This document shows, one piece after another, positions 23,975 through 25,724 of a stretch of 25,724 nucleotides of DNA. The stretch is from NCBI GenBank assembly GCA_045863855.1, contig BTVV01000087.1:1-25724 (forward strand), in the 5' to 3' direction. The position numbers were made by a program, and so were the translations under genes. The stretch's first letter is position 1. Each line of letters starts with the position of its first letter. The DNA comes from Planctomycetota bacterium (GTDB taxonomy: Bacteria > Planctomycetota > SZUA-567 > H5-PLA8). The notes beneath the pieces are model-generated. The model was not told the DNA's origin. It worked only from the letters and a program-made list of their open reading frames with translations, and made no database searches.

Positions 23975-25165
23975 TTAAGCGATCGGAGCCGCCGTGGATT
24001 CGCCGGGCACCAGCAGGGCGGGCGAGACGACGAGTGGCGGCAGTGCGGCTGCAAGATCGAAGAGCGGTGCGGCCCGATGCAGATCCTCGGCGGCATCGAA
24101 TACGCGGCGCCCCAGTGCGGGCAAATCGAGATACACGGTGGTGTAGCGGTTGAAGCGATCGGCGGGCTCCACTGCGGTTCGCCCTGCGCGCGATGCGAGC
24201 GCCGGCGGTTCGTTCCAGGTTGCGGTAACCACCGAGAGATCCCGGGGGATGCTCCAACCGTATCGGATCAGCGCGTCAAGCAGATGGCTTAAGCCCACTG
24301 TGTCGAACGCGAAGAGCGCGGTGGGCCGCTGTTCAGGCGGGGTTTGGTGCCAGACCTTCGCGACACGAGCGGAAGCTTCTTGCGCCGTTTCGCCGCGGCC
24401 GTGGCGCAGGGCGGGCAGCCGCCATTCGGGCCGGATCATTCCGCCGTAACGTCCAACCGTGAACTCGAAGCTATGCCGCCGGCCCAGCCAACTTGCTTCG
24501 GCTGGCCAGCCGTCGCGGTTGATTTCGTCAGAAACGGCAAAGCGGCGGTGCCCAAGGTCGAGCAGATGCCGCGCGGCCAGCCGGCCGATGGCTTCTTCAT
24601 CGAACGTTACGCTGGGCAGGCCGAACAGCCGCGCATCCTGGTCCACCGCCAGGATCGGATGCCGCTTGAGCAGCGGATCGGAAAGCGTGACGGCGTCTTC
24701 CAGTTCCACCAGCAGCGCGACGTCGAACTCGTTCCACGGTACGCGCGATAACTCCAGCCGGTTACGCGCAGGCGTGGGGTGATGCAGGCGCGGGTTGGTG
24801 TGCATGACCACCGTTAAACCGCGGCGTTGCGCTTCCTCGTGGAGCGTCTGGTACAAGCGCATCTGCTTGCGGCGCCACTCTTGTTCGCTGCGGCGCGTGA
24901 TGAGTCCAACGCGTTTGAGCTTCCGTCGCGCGGAACGTTCCGGCCGGCCGGTGCCCGCGCGAAACCAGCCGCTGCGCGCGCGCGCTTCAATCAGCCCTTC
25001 CTGTGCCAGAAGGCTTAAGGCGCGATGGACGGTTGCCTGCCCAACGCCGTGCATGGCGCCCAACGCGCGCTGCGCGGGGAGCGCCTCGCCCGGGCGGTAG
25101 CCGGCCGATATCTGGCGCCTCAATTCGGCGGCGAGTTTCTCGAGGATCACGTTGCTGCGGGGCAC
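23975..25165 (-). CDS. GntR wHTH + LacI-type sensor domain transcriptional regulator (AraR-like architecture)
   Basis: YRPGEALPAQRALGAMHGVGQATVHRALSLLAQEGLI, then AARHLLDLGHRRFA, RPTALFAFD and IPRDLSVV. SD GAAAGGA before the GTG. Confidence 0.92.
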   Translation of the reverse strand: MPRSNVILEKLAAELRRQISAGYRPGEALPAQRALGAMHGVGQATVHRALSLLAQEGLIEARARSGWFRAGTGRPERSARRKLKRVGLITRRSEQEWRRKQMRLYQTLHEEAQRRGLTVVMHTNPRLHHPTPARNRLELSRVPWNEFDVALLVELEDAVTLSDPLLKRHPILAVDQDARLFGLPSVTFDEEAIGRLAARHLLDLGHRRFAVSDEINRDGWPAEASWLGRRHSFEFTVGRYGGMIRPEWRLPALRHGRGETAQEASARVAKVWHQTPPEQRPTALFAFDTVGLSHLLDALIRYGWSIPRDLSVVTATWNEPPALASRAGRTAVEPADRFNRYTTVYLDLPALGRRVFDAAEDLHRAAPLFDLAAALPPLVVSPALLVPGESTAAPIA

Positions 25166-25273
25166 CGGTGTCCTTTCTGGGTCAGTAATGGATCAAATAG
25201 CGTCTGTCGGCTTCCGCCGCAAGACGTATTCTGATTTGAGTCCGGAAATGGACCGGACAACGGGGAGCGAATC

Positions 25274-25724
25274 ATGCGGCATACCCTACTCTGGATGAGC
25301 TTGGCCTGTGCGGTGCTGGCGTCCGGTGCGCGCGCGGAAGAAGGCAAGGTGTGCCTGCTGAACAAGCTGCCGCCCAATCCGGCCGTCCCCAAGCGTGGCG
25401 AAGGGCGGTTGGGCGCCAACGAATTCTTCAAGCGATTTGAACAGCACGAACTCGAACTAGTGGAGACGAACGTGGTGCCGGGGGGCGATTTTGGAACCGC
25501 GCGGCCCGGCGAAGCGATCGGCAACAGTTGGCTGGTGGCGGCCAAAGGTACGGGGCTGGGCATCAATCACAAGTCCGCGCCATGGGCCCAAGCGTTCATC
25601 GTCTGCCAAGTGGCATCGGCGGACGGCCCGGTGAAGGAAGTGCTCTTGAAGCCCGATTCCGGTTGCGGTTGCGGCGGAACCAGCGACTGGTCTTGGACGA
25701 TCCCGTCCAGTGCGCCGCCCGGTA
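25274..25724 (+). CDS. Secreted hypothetical protein, partial (runs off the right edge)
   Basis: Absent from the ORF track. SD GGGGAG, then MRHTLLWMSLACAVLASGARA|EEGKVCLLNKLPP (AxA signal). Open to the window end, finishing DSGCGCGGTSDWSWTIPSSAPPG. Confidence 0.8.
   Translation, partial: MRHTLLWMSLACAVLASGARAEEGKVCLLNKLPPNPAVPKRGEGRLGANEFFKRFEQHELELVETNVVPGGDFGTARPGEAIGNSWLVAAKGTGLGINHKSAPWAQAFIVCQVASADGPVKEVLLKPDSGCGCGGTSDWSWTIPSSAPPG

Noticed and set aside
1..25724. CRISPR arrays, tRNA/rRNA, IS/integrase or phage genes, intrinsic terminators
   Set aside because: No regularly spaced DNA repeats, RNA-gene signatures or transposase motifs, and no convincing hairpin plus U-tract, were seen by eye.

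Overview
High-GC bacterial chromosomal segment. The gene content (prenyltransferase/squalene-oxidase repeat protein, Tat sulfatase, ECF sigma, GntR-LacI hybrid, large secreted proteins) suggests Planctomycetota/PVC, which is an inference. Left part, all minus strand: an ECF sigma / Cys-rich anti-sigma pair, a small CxxC-CxxC hypothetical gene, and a very large secreted protein missing from the ORF track (>=1432 aa, runs off the left edge, about 12 tandem PKD-like domains plus a Pro-rich linker). Middle: a prenyltransferase-repeat protein, two sugar ABC permeases with no binding protein or ATPase, a small TerB/EF-hand-like protein and a GNAT protein. Right part: carbohydrate-catabolism genes, namely an MDR dehydrogenase and aldo/keto reductase with a divergent AraC regulator, a HEXD-like GH20, a sulfatase interrupted by one in-frame TAG, a secreted alpha/beta hydrolase, a malectin-SGNH fusion, a heparinase II/III-like lyase and a GntR/LacI regulator with an AraR-like operator, followed by a partial secreted protein. 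No rRNA, tRNA, CRISPR or mobile element was seen. The best leads are two mutually exclusive hairpins over the RBS of the giant PKD gene, an anti-sigma whose zinc-finger motif is replaced by three ACCE repeats, and the amber-interrupted sulfatase inside a likely sulfated amino-glycan cluster.
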